Counted from the stretch's first letter, positions 1 through 9,757 are shown. The stretch: 64,000 nucleotides of DNA from Patescibacteria group bacterium (GCA_041651095.1 JBAZJV010000003.1:16293-80292), one strand, 5' to 3'. A program made the numbers and translations. The notes: generated from the letters alone by a model not told the origin.

Positions 1-1
1 C

Positions 2-148
2 TCCCAAGACGACCTGGGACATGAGCTCGCTGATGTCGTCATCACCACTTTCATGCTGGCCGATACCTTGCAGGTCGATATGGCGGCTGCTTTGCGGGCT
101 AAGATGAAAAAAATCGAACAGCGCTATCGGGATAAAAGGAAAAAATAA
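2..148 (+). CDS. MazG-like nucleotide pyrophosphohydrolase, C-terminal fragment (5' end outside window)
   Basis: Frame open from the window edge to TAA at 146-148, overlapping the next ATG as TAATG. The translation ...GHELADVVITTFMLADTLQVDMAAALRAKMKKIEQRY resembles the C-terminal helices of the MazG family. Confidence 0.45.
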   Translation, partial: SQDDLGHELADVVITTFMLADTLQVDMAAALRAKMKKIEQRYRDKRKK

Positions 149-1188
149 TGAGCAAGACCGTCAATTTCACTTCCGTGAATATTCTGGCCAAGATTGCGGA
201 CGCCGGCCTGGTCGGCCGGGGCGGCGCGTCTTATCCTACGGCGGCCAAATGGTCGGCGGTCAAGGCCGCGCTTAAAGGCAGGAAGCAAGGCTATATCATC
301 CTCAATGGCGCGGAAGGCGAACCGGGCGTCAAAAAAGACGGTTTTATCATCCGCCACTATCCGGCCGAAGTTATAGAAGGGCTTGATCTGGCCGACCGTT
401 TCCTGGGGCCGGATAAGATCAAACGGGTTTACCTATTTTTGAACCAGGCATATTTTAAGAATTATGCCTCCGGCTTGCGACAGGTTCTCGCGCGCCAGAA
501 ATATCGGACCTTGCGGCCAAAGACGGAATTTTTCATCAAGCCGGAGCGCCTGACTTATATCAGCGGCGAGGAGAGCGCTCTCTTGAATCTGATCGAAGGC
601 AAAAAAGTCGAGCCCCGGATCCGGCCGCCTTATCCGACTGAGTACGGCCTGTACGGACGCCCCACCTTGGTCAATAATACCGAGACTTTCTATAATGTCG
701 CTCTGGCAGTTAGCGGCCGTTATGAGGAAAAACGTTTTTATACGGTGAGCGGCGCGGTCAAGCATCCCGGCGTCTATCAATTATCGGTTCACGCGACTAT
801 CGCAGAAGTCTTGAAGCATACCAATAACTGGCCGATCTTTCCGTTCTTCGTCCAGGCGGGCGGGGAAGCGAGCGGCGAGATCTTAAACGAACAGCAATTA
901 GATCAGCCGGTTGAAGGTGCCGGTTCGATAATGGTTTATGATAAGAAACGGACTAACAAGCATAAATTAATTAAATATTGGCTAAAATTTTATCATGAGC
1001 AAAGCTGCGGCCAATGTACGGCTTGTCGCGAGGGCTCTTCCCGCCTTTTGGAGCTCATCGACGCGCATCCGTTCGACCATGAATTGTTCTGGGAAATCGT
1101 GGGCGCCCTGGAGGAATCCAGCTTTTGCGCTCTCGGGTCTTCCTTACCCGTCCCCCTGAAAAGTTATTTTAATAATATAAAAAATTAA
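148..1188 (+). CDS. NuoF/HydB-like flavoprotein subunit (NADH-binding, 4Fe-4S), probable hydrogenase electron-transfer partner
   Basis: 346 aa. Has a GAEGEPG nucleotide/FMN-type motif and a C-terminal CGQCTACREG cluster motif typical of NuoF (51-kDa) family proteins. Located two genes upstream of hydA. Shorter than canonical NuoF. Confidence 0.7.
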   Translation: MSKTVNFTSVNILAKIADAGLVGRGGASYPTAAKWSAVKAALKGRKQGYIILNGAEGEPGVKKDGFIIRHYPAEVIEGLDLADRFLGPDKIKRVYLFLNQAYFKNYASGLRQVLARQKYRTLRPKTEFFIKPERLTYISGEESALLNLIEGKKVEPRIRPPYPTEYGLYGRPTLVNNTETFYNVALAVSGRYEEKRFYTVSGAVKHPGVYQLSVHATIAEVLKHTNNWPIFPFFVQAGGEASGEILNEQQLDQPVEGAGSIMVYDKKRTNKHKLIKYWLKFYHEQSCGQCTACREGSSRLLELIDAHPFDHELFWEIVGALEESSFCALGSSLPVPLKSYFNNIKN

Positions 1189-1199
1189 CACAAAAAAGT

Positions 1200-1943
1200 A
1201 TGTCGGAAAACAACAAACCAAGATTGACGGCGTCTTTCGCCAATCTGGAAACGGCCATCAAAATCTGGTGGAAAAATTTAAAAAAATTCGTGCTGGTTTA
1301 TCTCTGGGCCCTGGCCTATGCCGCCGCGCCTTTGGTAATAGCGGCTGTGATGCTCGGGCTCTTAGTCTGGCTGGGCGATGGCGCCGGCGCCGCTGTCTAC
1401 ACCGCGATCTTCGCCGTTTTAGCGCTCTGCTTCCTGGCTTTCCTATATTTCGCTATCCGCGCTTATATCGCGATCTTTCTGGTCGTCAAGCATGATTTTA
1501 GCGGCAATGAACACGAGATATTCAAGGAGTCGGCCCAATATTTCTGGTCTTATTTGGGCGTCGCGATCCCGGTGGCGATATTTGTCTTGCTGTGGAGCTT
1601 GTTGCTCATCATCCCCGGTATCATTTTCGGCGTCTTTTACAGCTTCGCCGTTTATATTTTCTTCTTCGAGGGGAAGAAGGGCTTGGACGCTATTTCCGCC
1701 AGCAAGAGGCTGGTCAGCGGCTATTGGTGGCCGGTATTTGGGCGTTTCTTGTTCATCGGTATCATTGCCATCGTCTTTTCTTTGATCATCACCGCTCCGC
1801 TTTCGGCCAAAGGCGTCAGCCCGGAAAGCGGTTTTTACCATATCTGGAATATGTTGGTGCAGATCGTCAATTATCTGATCGGACCGATTTATCTGCTTTA
1901 TAATTATCAGATCTATCGGGATTTGGTAAAGATTAAAAAATAG
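1200..1943 (+). CDS. Polytopic integral membrane protein, function unknown
   Basis: 247 aa with about 6 hydrophobic helices. No recognisable catalytic motif. Confidence 0.5.
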   Translation: MSENNKPRLTASFANLETAIKIWWKNLKKFVLVYLWALAYAAAPLVIAAVMLGLLVWLGDGAGAAVYTAIFAVLALCFLAFLYFAIRAYIAIFLVVKHDFSGNEHEIFKESAQYFWSYLGVAIPVAIFVLLWSLLLIIPGIIFGVFYSFAVYIFFFEGKKGLDAISASKRLVSGYWWPVFGRFLFIGIIAIVFSLIITAPLSAKGVSPESGFYHIWNMLVQIVNYLIGPIYLLYNYQIYRDLVKIKK

Positions 1944-1973
1944 CCGGTATTTATCGGATCAGCCGCTAATCAC

Positions 1974-3773
1974 ATGCAGTTAAAAATAAACGGCAAAACA
2001 TTATCCGGCCGGCCGGGCCAGACCATTTTGGAGGTGGCGCTGGAAAATGGCATCAAGATTCCCGCTCTCTGCCACCATCCGGACCTGGAAATCAAGGCTA
2101 ATTGCCGGCTTTGCCTGGTTGAGATCAAAGGGCGGGATCGTCTGGCGACGGCTTGTTCTACGCCGGCACAAGCAGGCATGGAAGTCAGCTCGGACAGCCC
2201 GCGGGTCAAGCGCGCGCGGGCGACGAATCTGGAGCTGATTCTCGGCGCTCACACCAAGAAGTGCGCGATCTGCCTGTCCATCCATGACTGCGAACTCCTG
2301 CGCCTGGCCCGAACCTATAAGGTCAAGACCGACCGGCTGACAGAACGGAAAAAAGCCCGGAAGACTTATCGTTTTGCTAATGCTGTAGAGATCGACGGTT
2401 CGCAGTGCATCGATTGCCAGAATTGCGTGGAAGCCTGCGCCCGTCAGGGCATCAATTATCTGAAAGTCGCCGGCGCCGGCAGCGGTCAGGAAATCGTGCC
2501 GGATCGCGAATCCGGCAATGCTTGCGTCTATTGCGGCCAGTGCGCTTTGCATTGTCCGGCGGCCTCGGCTCAGGAAGTCCCGGCCTGGCCGGCGGTTTTA
2601 GCCTTGCTCAAGGACAAGACCAAGATCACTATCGCCCAGTTCGCCCCCTCCATCCGTGTCAGCTTGGGCGAAGAGTTCGGCTGGCCGCCTGGAGTTAATT
2701 ACGAAGGGCAGATTTATACGGTTTTGAAAAAACTGGGTTTCCAACACGTCATCGACGTGAATTTCGGCGCCGATATCACAACCATGACTGAGGCGGCGGA
2801 ATTATTGGAGAGACTTGGAGATAAACGGGCGGCCTGGCCGCTGATGACTTCCTGCTGTCCGGCCTGGGTCGCTTATGCTGAATATTACCACCCGGAATTA
2901 TTGCCGCATCTGACGACGGCCCGGTCGCCGCATATCCATTCCGCCGGCGCCTTGAAGAGTTATTGGGCAAAGCAGCACAAAATCGATCCGAAGCAGATCC
3001 GGGTCGTTTCCATCATGCCGTGCACGGCCAAGAAATATGAAGCGGCGCGGCCGGAACTTAAGCTGCACGGTCAACCGCTGGTCGACGCCGTCCTGACCAC
3101 CCGGGAATTAGCCTATCTGATCAAGCGGCAGGGAATCGATTTCAAGAAATTGGCGCCGTCTAGCGGCGATAAGCTGTTTAATCTTGGTTCCGGCGCGGCC
3201 GCGATTTATGGCGCGTCCGGCGGGGTCATGGAATCGGCGTTGCGGACAGCGGTAGCTTTGGCGTCCGGCGAATCGGTCAATAAAAAGCCTGACCGCTCAG
3301 CCAAGAGCCGCCAGGATCCGTCCAATCAGCGTCTGGAATTCAGGGAAGTAAGAGGTCTGGCCGGTTTCAAGGAGGCGACGGTGAAAGTCGGCCGGCGGCA
3401 GCTGAGAGTCGGCGTGGTCAACGGTTTGGGTAATTTCCATCGCCTTCTGCCGCAGCTCAAGCATTACCATTATATCGAAGTGATGTCCTGCCCCGGCGGC
3501 TGCATCGGGGGCGGCGGACAACCTTTGCCGACCACGGCCGCGATTCGGGCGAAGCGTTTGGCTGGTTTATACGAGATCGATGCCAGCCGGAGCGTCCGGC
3601 GGGCGCACGAAAACCAGGCCATGCTGACCTATTATGAGTGGGTGAAGGACCGCCATCTGGGCGCGCAGCTACTACATACGAAATTCAAACGCAGCCGCGG
3701 CTCCCTCCTGAGCACAGTAAAGCCGGGTAAAGAATCGCTCTTTAATCTATGGAAAACGCCGGCCAGGCCGTAA
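1974..3773 (+). CDS. hydA: [FeFe]-hydrogenase catalytic subunit with N-terminal 2Fe-2S and 4Fe-4S ferredoxin domains
   Basis: 599 aa. All three H-cluster signatures are present: TSCCPAW, MPCTAKKYE, EVMSCPGGCIGGGGQP. Two CxxCxxCxxxCP ferredoxin motifs (CIDCQNCVEACA, CVYCGQCALHCP) and an N-terminal 2Fe-2S-like Cys pattern are also present. Confidence 0.88.
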   Translation: MQLKINGKTLSGRPGQTILEVALENGIKIPALCHHPDLEIKANCRLCLVEIKGRDRLATACSTPAQAGMEVSSDSPRVKRARATNLELILGAHTKKCAICLSIHDCELLRLARTYKVKTDRLTERKKARKTYRFANAVEIDGSQCIDCQNCVEACARQGINYLKVAGAGSGQEIVPDRESGNACVYCGQCALHCPAASAQEVPAWPAVLALLKDKTKITIAQFAPSIRVSLGEEFGWPPGVNYEGQIYTVLKKLGFQHVIDVNFGADITTMTEAAELLERLGDKRAAWPLMTSCCPAWVAYAEYYHPELLPHLTTARSPHIHSAGALKSYWAKQHKIDPKQIRVVSIMPCTAKKYEAARPELKLHGQPLVDAVLTTRELAYLIKRQGIDFKKLAPSSGDKLFNLGSGAAAIYGASGGVMESALRTAVALASGESVNKKPDRSAKSRQDPSNQRLEFREVRGLAGFKEATVKVGRRQLRVGVVNGLGNFHRLLPQLKHYHYIEVMSCPGGCIGGGGQPLPTTAAIRAKRLAGLYEIDASRSVRRAHENQAMLTYYEWVKDRHLGAQLLHTKFKRSRGSLLSTVKPGKESLFNLWKTPARP

Positions 3774-3814
3774 ATCATACTCCTGACCGATCCTGTTTTT
3801 AATTAGCCTCAAAT

Positions 3815-4816
3815 ATGATCAAGCTAAAAAAAGCTTATACTCGGTATCGCAGCGCTTTTTATTCCTATTTCTGGTATAAAGAGGAAAGCGAATCGCTGCG
3901 CCGTTTTGGCTATAAATTGAGAAATTTTTTGGCAGTTTTTCATGATGGCAAATTTGATGTCTATTATCAGGAAACGGTTCCTCGCGAGATCGAAAGAGTG
4001 ATCGCCAAGAATTTTCAACGGCCTCGTTTATTAGAATATTTGAAGAGGCGGATAACCGAAGAATCGAAAATTCTCCAGCCGTATCTAGCGGGCCAGAAAA
4101 AGATCGGAAATCCGCGGACCTTTCGTTTCTTCTATGATCATGCTCTCAAGTTTTGGGTAGCGATGACGCCGTTCTTCTTCATCGACGCGCCCGGCGTCCG
4201 TCAGGAGATCAAAGACCAAGTTTTATCGATCAGGCTTAGCAATGAACACTATTCTCAAAATATTGATAAGATTTTTCAAAAATATCTAAAGGGTTATTTC
4301 CGCGATAAACATTATATCTTCGCCACCCCTAAGGATGTTTTTTCTAAAGCCGGCCGACAGAAAGTCCTGGCGACTTTGGCCGAACGTCAGCCGGGAATGT
4401 TCATCTATGATGGCGAAATCCATCGGCTCGAAGAATTAGATCGCTTCTTGTCCAAAAAGCGAATATCCCTAGGCCGGGAAAAGCTGGGCGGTGGCCAGGC
4501 GATAAAAGGTTTGGCTACTTTTGACTTCGGAACCGTCAGCGGTACGGTTAAGGTCATCAAGAACATCAGTGATTTTAAGAATTTTTCCGCCGGTCAGGTA
4601 TTGGTTACGGAAATGACTTCGCCTAATTTTTTGCCGCTAATGAAGAAGGCGCGGGCCATAATAACCGATGAAGGCGGCCTGACCTGCCATGCGGCGATAG
4701 TTTCCCGGGAATTGAAGATTCCTTGCATCATCGGCGTCAGGATAGCGACTCAAGCTCTGCAAGACGGCGAACGAGTTGAAATGAAATCCGGTAATGGTAT
4801 AATTAAAATCTTATGA
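3815..4816 (+). CDS. PEP-utilising enzyme mobile (phosphohistidine swivel) domain protein
   Basis: 333 aa. The C-terminal GGLTCHAAIVSRELKIPCIIG matches the PEP-utilising enzyme phosphohistidine signature. The N-terminal 230 aa are unassigned. The stop overlaps the cca start (ATGA). Confidence 0.6.
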   Translation: MIKLKKAYTRYRSAFYSYFWYKEESESLRRFGYKLRNFLAVFHDGKFDVYYQETVPREIERVIAKNFQRPRLLEYLKRRITEESKILQPYLAGQKKIGNPRTFRFFYDHALKFWVAMTPFFFIDAPGVRQEIKDQVLSIRLSNEHYSQNIDKIFQKYLKGYFRDKHYIFATPKDVFSKAGRQKVLATLAERQPGMFIYDGEIHRLEELDRFLSKKRISLGREKLGGGQAIKGLATFDFGTVSGTVKVIKNISDFKNFSAGQVLVTEMTSPNFLPLMKKARAIITDEGGLTCHAAIVSRELKIPCIIGVRIATQALQDGERVEMKSGNGIIKIL

Positions 4817-6273
4817 TGGATATCCCGGCTTACATCTTGAAAATCGTCAATGATCTCAAGGCCTCGGGCTACGAGGCTTATATTGTCGGCGGCTGCGTAC
4901 GCGATCTGCTGATGAAACGGGAGCCGCAGGATTGGGATATCACGACTAACGCCCGACCGGAGCAGATTCTGAAAGTATTCCCGGCGGCCAAATACGAGAA
5001 TGCTTTCGGGACGGTCATCCTGCCGGTGCGCGCCGCGGCCGAGTCCGGCCAGGCGAAAGGGCGCCTGGAAGACGTGGTGGAAATCACGACCTATCGCAGC
5101 GAGCAAGGCTATTCGGATCGCCGCCATCCCGATACGGTGAAGTTCGAAACCGAATTGGACAAGGATTTGGAGCGCCGCGATTTTACTTTCAATGCCTTAG
5201 CTCTCGATCCTAGCGACCATGAAAAGATCATCGATTATTTCGGCGGCCGGAAGGACATCAAGGCGAAGATCGTGCGGGCCGTGGGCGAGCCGGCCGATCG
5301 TTTCAAGGAAGACGCCTTGCGCATGCTGCGAGCCGTCCGGTTTACCGCCCAGCTCGGCTTCAGCCTGGAACCTAAAACCCAGCGGGCAATCGGCAAGCTG
5401 GCCGGCAGCCTGAAATTCGTTTCTCAGGAGCGGATCCGGGATGAATTGATCAAGATTCTGGCTTCCGAACGGCCGGCCGAAGGCATTCTCCTGCTGCACG
5501 AATGCAAACTGTTGCAATATATATTGCCGGAATTGAAGGAAGGCGTCGGCGTCAGGCCGGCGCGCCACCATATCCATCCGGTCTTCGAGCATAATGTCAT
5601 GACCCTGAAGCATTGTCCGAGCCGGGAATGGCCGGTACGCCTGGCCGCGCTCCTGCACGATGTCGGCAAGCCGCGGACCCGGCAGATAATCAAAGGCATC
5701 GCCACGTTCTATAATCATGAATATGTCGGCGCCAAGCTGACCGAACGAATAATGCGCCGTCTGAAATTTGCCAACGAGGACCGGGAACGGGTCGTCAATC
5801 TGGTCAAGAACCACATGTTTTATTATAATGTCGGTGAGGTGTCAGCGGCTTCGGTCCGGCGATTGATCGTCAAGGTCGGACGGGAAAACCTGCAAGACCT
5901 TATCCATCTGCGCGTCGGCGACCGCCTCGGTTCCGGCCCGCTCAAGGCCATGCCGTATAAGTTGCGGCACCTGCAGTACATGCTGGAGAAGGTGCAGAAC
6001 GATCCGGTTTCCGTCAAGATGCTAAAAATTAACGGCGACGATCTCATGCGCCTGCTCAAAATCGCGCCCAGCCCGAAGATCGGCGCTATCCTGGATGTAT
6101 TACTCAGTGAAGTTATCGATAATCCGGAGTTGAACACGGCTGATCAGCTGTCTGGACGGGCCAGGGAACTGGCTGACCTGGATTTAGCCGATTTGCGGAG
6201 CCGGGCCAAAGAGGTCATCGCTGAAAAGCGGGATGCCGATGACCGGCAGATCAAGCAACAATTCAAGGTTTAA
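4813..6273 (+). CDS. cca: CCA-adding tRNA nucleotidyltransferase with HD domain
   Basis: 486 aa. N-terminal GGCVRDLL...DWDI polymerase-beta-type motif, RRDFTFNALA, and an HD-domain region (LLHDVGKP). Confidence 0.82.
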   Translation: MMDIPAYILKIVNDLKASGYEAYIVGGCVRDLLMKREPQDWDITTNARPEQILKVFPAAKYENAFGTVILPVRAAAESGQAKGRLEDVVEITTYRSEQGYSDRRHPDTVKFETELDKDLERRDFTFNALALDPSDHEKIIDYFGGRKDIKAKIVRAVGEPADRFKEDALRMLRAVRFTAQLGFSLEPKTQRAIGKLAGSLKFVSQERIRDELIKILASERPAEGILLLHECKLLQYILPELKEGVGVRPARHHIHPVFEHNVMTLKHCPSREWPVRLAALLHDVGKPRTRQIIKGIATFYNHEYVGAKLTERIMRRLKFANEDRERVVNLVKNHMFYYNVGEVSAASVRRLIVKVGRENLQDLIHLRVGDRLGSGPLKAMPYKLRHLQYMLEKVQNDPVSVKMLKINGDDLMRLLKIAPSPKIGAILDVLLSEVIDNPELNTADQLSGRARELADLDLADLRSRAKEVIAEKRDADDRQIKQQFKV

Positions 6274-6285
6274 TAGCTATCAACT

Positions 6286-7068
6286 ATGAAAAAAATTTTT
6301 TTTATTTTAACGATTTTGCTTGTCGCCGGCGGCGTCAGCGCCTGCAATAATAATCAGCAGGTCATTGTCAAGATTGAACAATCATCCAGCCAAGAAACAG
6401 CGGTTTCCGCCGCGCCGACCAACGCGGCCATAAACGAAACTAATCAATCAGCGTCCGACCAGACGGCGGACGCGCCGGCCAGCCAGCCGGAGAAAGTCGC
6501 GGAAAACGCGATCGTTACTCCGGTTACGCCGGTTGTTAATAATAAAACTATGCTTTCTCCCCAGGAACAGCCTAATCTGTCAGCGCAGTATTCCCGAGCG
6601 GTCATCAAGACTAATTACGGCGATATCACCGTCAAATTCTATGGCGTGGATTCGCCGATGACAGTCAATAATTTCCTGTATTTGTCTCAGCAGGGATTTT
6701 ATAACGGCGTGAAATTCCATCGCGTCATCAAGGATTTCATGATTCAAGGCGGCGATCCTTTGAGCAAGGAGGCCGACGCCTCTATCTGGGGCACCGGTGG
6801 CCCGGGTTACAAATTTCCGGACGAATTCAACAAGCGTCCGCTGGTCGCTGGCAGCTTGGCCATGGCTAATGCCGGACCAGGTACCAATGGTTCCCAATTT
6901 TTCATCGTCACCGCTCCGGCGACACCTTGGCTCGACGGCCATCACACTAATTTCGGAGAGGTCGTTACCGGCCTGGACGTAGTCAAAAAGATCGAGGCGG
7001 CAGAAACCGGGGTCAATGACCGGCCGGTTAAGGATGTCGTGATTAGTAGCGTGGAGCTTTTGAAGTAA
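6286..7068 (+). CDS. Cyclophilin-type peptidyl-prolyl isomerase, lipoprotein/secreted with low-complexity linker
   Basis: 260 aa. Signal/lipobox-like LLVAGGVSAC, and a cyclophilin core FHRVIKDFMIQGGDP...GSQFFI. Confidence 0.85.
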   Translation: MKKIFFILTILLVAGGVSACNNNQQVIVKIEQSSSQETAVSAAPTNAAINETNQSASDQTADAPASQPEKVAENAIVTPVTPVVNNKTMLSPQEQPNLSAQYSRAVIKTNYGDITVKFYGVDSPMTVNNFLYLSQQGFYNGVKFHRVIKDFMIQGGDPLSKEADASIWGTGGPGYKFPDEFNKRPLVAGSLAMANAGPGTNGSQFFIVTAPATPWLDGHHTNFGEVVTGLDVVKKIEAAETGVNDRPVKDVVISSVELLK

Positions 7069-7110
7069 TGAATTTAATCCGCGGAGCTTTAAGGCGGAGT
7101 TTTTTAGTCA

Positions 7111-7139
7111 AAAAAACGCCCCCGGGTCGGGGGCGTTTT
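7111..7139. terminator. Bidirectional intrinsic terminator between convergent genes
   Basis: ACGCCCCC (7116-7123) pairs with GGGGGCGT (7129-7136). An A-run lies before it and a T-run after. Confidence 0.7.
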
Positions 7140-7167
7140 CGTGCTTGAGTTTGCAATCTAATGGTAA

Positions 7168-7425
7168 TTAGAATCTCTTTTCCAGCGGACGGGCTTCATT
7201 TACGACCACGGTCCGGCCATCCAATTCCTGATTGTTGTACATCTCGATCGCTTTCTGGGCTTCATCATCATTTTCCATCTCCACGAAACCAAAGCCTTTG
7301 GAGCGATGGGTCAGGCGATCCATGATGATAACGGCAGATAGCACTTTGCCGGCTTTCGCGAACGCGTCCGCTAAGACCTGTTCGGTCGTCTTAAAAGACA
7401 AGCCGCCAACGAATAACTTTTTCAT
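7168..7425 (-). CDS. RRM-type RNA-binding protein
   Basis: 85 aa. RNP2-like KLFVGGL and RNP1-like KGFGFVEM motifs. Confidence 0.85.
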   Translation of the reverse strand: MKKLFVGGLSFKTTEQVLADAFAKAGKVLSAVIIMDRLTHRSKGFGFVEMENDDEAQKAIEMYNNQELDGRTVVVNEARPLEKRF

Positions 7426-7488
7426 TTTTCTTGACGCTAAAATTTATTAAATTGTAAGACGACCTTTTTCTTAAAAAAAGAGCGGATC

Positions 7489-7508
7489 GGTCCGCTCTTT
7501 CTTTAAAA
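7489..7508. terminator. Intrinsic terminator downstream of rplA
   Basis: AGAGCGGA-tcgg-TCCGCTCT perfect 8-bp stem flanked by A-run and T-run. Confidence 0.65.
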
Positions 7509-7557
7509 ATTGCTTACCTGCTTATATAATATCCTATTTCTTAAACTAAGTCAAGGG

Positions 7558-8307
7558 CTAGCTGAGGCTGACTTTGACGCCGGCGCTCATGGAAGAAGAT
7601 AAGCTGATATTCTTGATGAATACGCCCTTAGAAGAAGAGGGTTTGGCTTTTTTAACGGTTTCTAAAAGCGTCCGGTAGTTTTCCAGCAGCTGTGGGTCGC
7701 TGAAGCTGATTTTGCCGATAACGGTATGGACATTGCCGGTATCATCATTCTTGAAACTGATCTTGCCCTTTTTCAATTCTTCCACGGTCTTGGCCGGATT
7801 GGCCGTAACCGTATCGTTCTTGGGGGATGGCATTAAGCCGCGGGTGCCCAGGATCTTGGCGATAACCGCCAGGTTCTTCATCAGGGCCGGTTCGGCGATG
7901 GCGACCTGGAAATCGGTTTTTTCCGTTTTCTTGATTTCGTTGATCAGCTCTTCGCCACCGACGAAATCCGCGCCCGCCGCTTTGACGGCCTTCTCGTTCT
8001 CCGCAGAGACGAAAGCCGCGACTTTGACGGTCTTGCCGGTACCGTGCGGCAGGCTGACCGCGCCGCGCACCTGCTGGTCGCCCTTCTTGGTATTGATACC
8101 CAGGCGGAAATGGGCTTCCACCGAAGCGTCGAATTTGGTCTTGGTCAGCTTTTTGACTATGGCCAAGGCCTCTTCCGGAGAATAAGCCTTCTGGCAATCA
8201 TAAATCGCCGAATAATCGGTTTTTTTCTTGGCTTTAGGCAGCGGCTTAGCCGTTGTCTTGGTTTTCGGCGCGGTTTTTCCCGCGACCGGAGTGGTTTCTT
8301 TGGACAT
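7558..8307 (-). CDS. rplA: 50S ribosomal protein L1 with Lys/Thr/Pro-rich N-terminal extension
   Basis: The core ...FDASVEAHFRLGINTKKGDQQVRGAVSLPHGTGK... aligns with bacterial L1. ATG at 8307 chosen. A GTG at 8358 (the ORF-track start) is an alternative. Confidence 0.9.
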   Translation of the reverse strand: MSKETTPVAGKTAPKTKTTAKPLPKAKKKTDYSAIYDCQKAYSPEEALAIVKKLTKTKFDASVEAHFRLGINTKKGDQQVRGAVSLPHGTGKTVKVAAFVSAENEKAVKAAGADFVGGEELINEIKKTEKTDFQVAIAEPALMKNLAVIAKILGTRGLMPSPKNDTVTANPAKTVEELKKGKISFKNDDTGNVHTVIGKISFSDPQLLENYRTLLETVKKAKPSSSKGVFIKNISLSSSMSAGVKVSLS

Positions 8308-8369
8308 AATTGTTATTCGTGGTATGACGTCGCCGGCCCGTAAGACGGCGACTCCCACAATTATTATAA

Positions 8370-8792
8370 TTATTTAATTTCGACGCCCATTTGCCGGGCC
8401 GTGCCGGCAATGATTTTTTTAGCCGCTTCCAGGTCGCGGGCATTGAGGTCGGGTAATTTGGTCTTGGCGATTTCAGCCAACTGAGCTTCGCTGATCTGGC
8501 CGATTTTTTCCGTCAGCGGTTTGCCGGAGCCCTTCTTGATGCCGGCGGCTTTCTTGATCAGTTCCGCGGCCGGCGGGGTCTTTAGGATGAAATCATAACT
8601 CCGGTCTTCGTAGACGGTGATTTCCACCGGGATGATATCGCCCGCCTTGTCCTTGGTCTTATCGTTGAATTCCTTGCAGAATTGGGCGATATTCAGGCCG
8701 TGCTGGCCCAAAGCCGGACCGATCGGCGGTGCCGGATTGGCGGCCGCGCCCGGCACTTGCAATTTGATCTTGGTTTTTATTTTTTTAGCCAT
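8370..8792 (-). CDS. rplK: 50S ribosomal protein L11
   Basis: 140 aa. [26 protein letters not shown] is the conserved L11 N-terminal domain. Confidence 0.95.
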   Translation of the reverse strand: MAKKIKTKIKLQVPGAAANPAPPIGPALGQHGLNIAQFCKEFNDKTKDKAGDIIPVEITVYEDRSYDFILKTPPAAELIKKAAGIKKGSGKPLTEKIGQISEAQLAEIAKTKLPDLNARDLEAAKKIIAGTARQMGVEIK

Positions 8793-8828
8793 ATTGTTTA
8801 TAGAGCGCAGAAGCGACGCCCGAATTAA

Positions 8829-9374
8829 TTAGATTTTCTTGATCTGCAGGAAATCCAGCTCGACCGGCGTTTCGCGGCCGAACATGGAGACCGAGACCTT
8901 GACTTTGCCCTTGGCCTCGTCGATGGCGGTTACTTTACCTTCCATATTCTTGAACGGCCCTTCGTTGATGTGAACCGGGCTGCCGATGACCACGTCGATC
9001 TGGAATTTCGGATCCTCCACGCCCATCCGTTTCTGGAGTGCCTTGATTTCCACCTCGCTGATCGGCGTCGGGATGGTGCCGGTGCCGATGAAGCCGGTGA
9101 CGTTCGGCGTATTGCGGACGATGTACCAGGATTCGTCGGTCACTTCCATTTCCACCAGGATGTAGCCGGGGAAGATTTTTTCTTCAACCACCTTGCGCTT
9201 GCCGTTCTTGATCTTGATTTTCTTTTCGGTCGGGATGAGGATATTGAAGATCTTGTCTTCCATGTCCAAGGACTCTACCCGCTGTTTCAGGTTCTGGGCG
9301 ACGTTTTCTTCATAGCCGGAGTAGGTATGGATGACATACCAGCGGCGGCCTTGGTTTAAAAGTTGTTTGGCCAT
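8829..9374 (-). CDS. nusG: Transcription termination/antitermination factor NusG
   Basis: 181 aa. WYVIHTYSGYE NGN start and a C-terminal KOW (GPFKNMEGKVTAID). Sits in the conserved secE-nusG-rplK position. Confidence 0.9.
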   Translation of the reverse strand: MAKQLLNQGRRWYVIHTYSGYEENVAQNLKQRVESLDMEDKIFNILIPTEKKIKIKNGKRKVVEEKIFPGYILVEMEVTDESWYIVRNTPNVTGFIGTGTIPTPISEVEIKALQKRMGVEDPKFQIDVVIGSPVHINEGPFKNMEGKVTAIDEAKGKVKVSVSMFGRETPVELDFLQIKKI

Positions 9375-9423
9375 ATAAGTTTAAGATATAAGAACTATTA
9401 AAGCTCCGCGATAAGATTAGCTG

Positions 9424-9609
9424 CTAGCGGTAGATCAGGAATTGGAAGCCCAGGGAGAAAAGAAAATCCAGCGCGCCCAGGAAAATGGCGACGCCGAGAC
9501 TGATGCCGATGACGAGCAGAGTGTAATTGTAGGTCTCTTTCTTGGTCGGCCAGGTCACTTTTTTCATTTCGGCCAGCGATTCCTGGAAATAGGTCGTGAT
9601 TTTATTCAT
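9424..9609 (-). CDS. secE: Preprotein translocase subunit SecE
   Basis: 61 aa with a single C-terminal TM. E..KVTWPTKKE motif. Located upstream of nusG. Confidence 0.78.
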   Translation of the reverse strand: MNKITTYFQESLAEMKKVTWPTKKETYNYTLLVIGISLGVAIFLGALDFLFSLGFQFLIYR

Positions 9610-9757
9610 ATATTAGTATTTAAAAATAGCCTTCCGGGCCATTTTTTATCTGTTAAAATAATACAAAATCCAAGATTAGCTGTCAAGGGGGAGGGCCCGG
9701 CCTTTATTGCTTTTTATCGGCAAAACGGATACAATAGGAATGAAAAATAATTAACTT

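Noticed and set aside
8308-8358. GTG start at 8358 for rplA (MGVAVLRAGDVIPRITI...).
   Set aside because: The extra 17 aa do not look L1-like, so the ATG at 8307 is preferred. It is not excluded, since neither start has a clear RBS.
9610-9757. Looked for the tRNA-Trp or rpmG usually found upstream of secE, and for tRNAs in every other intergenic gap.
   Set aside because: No cloverleaf-compatible sequence (for example a GTTCGAATC-type T-arm) was seen by eye. A tRNAscan-SE run would be needed for certainty.
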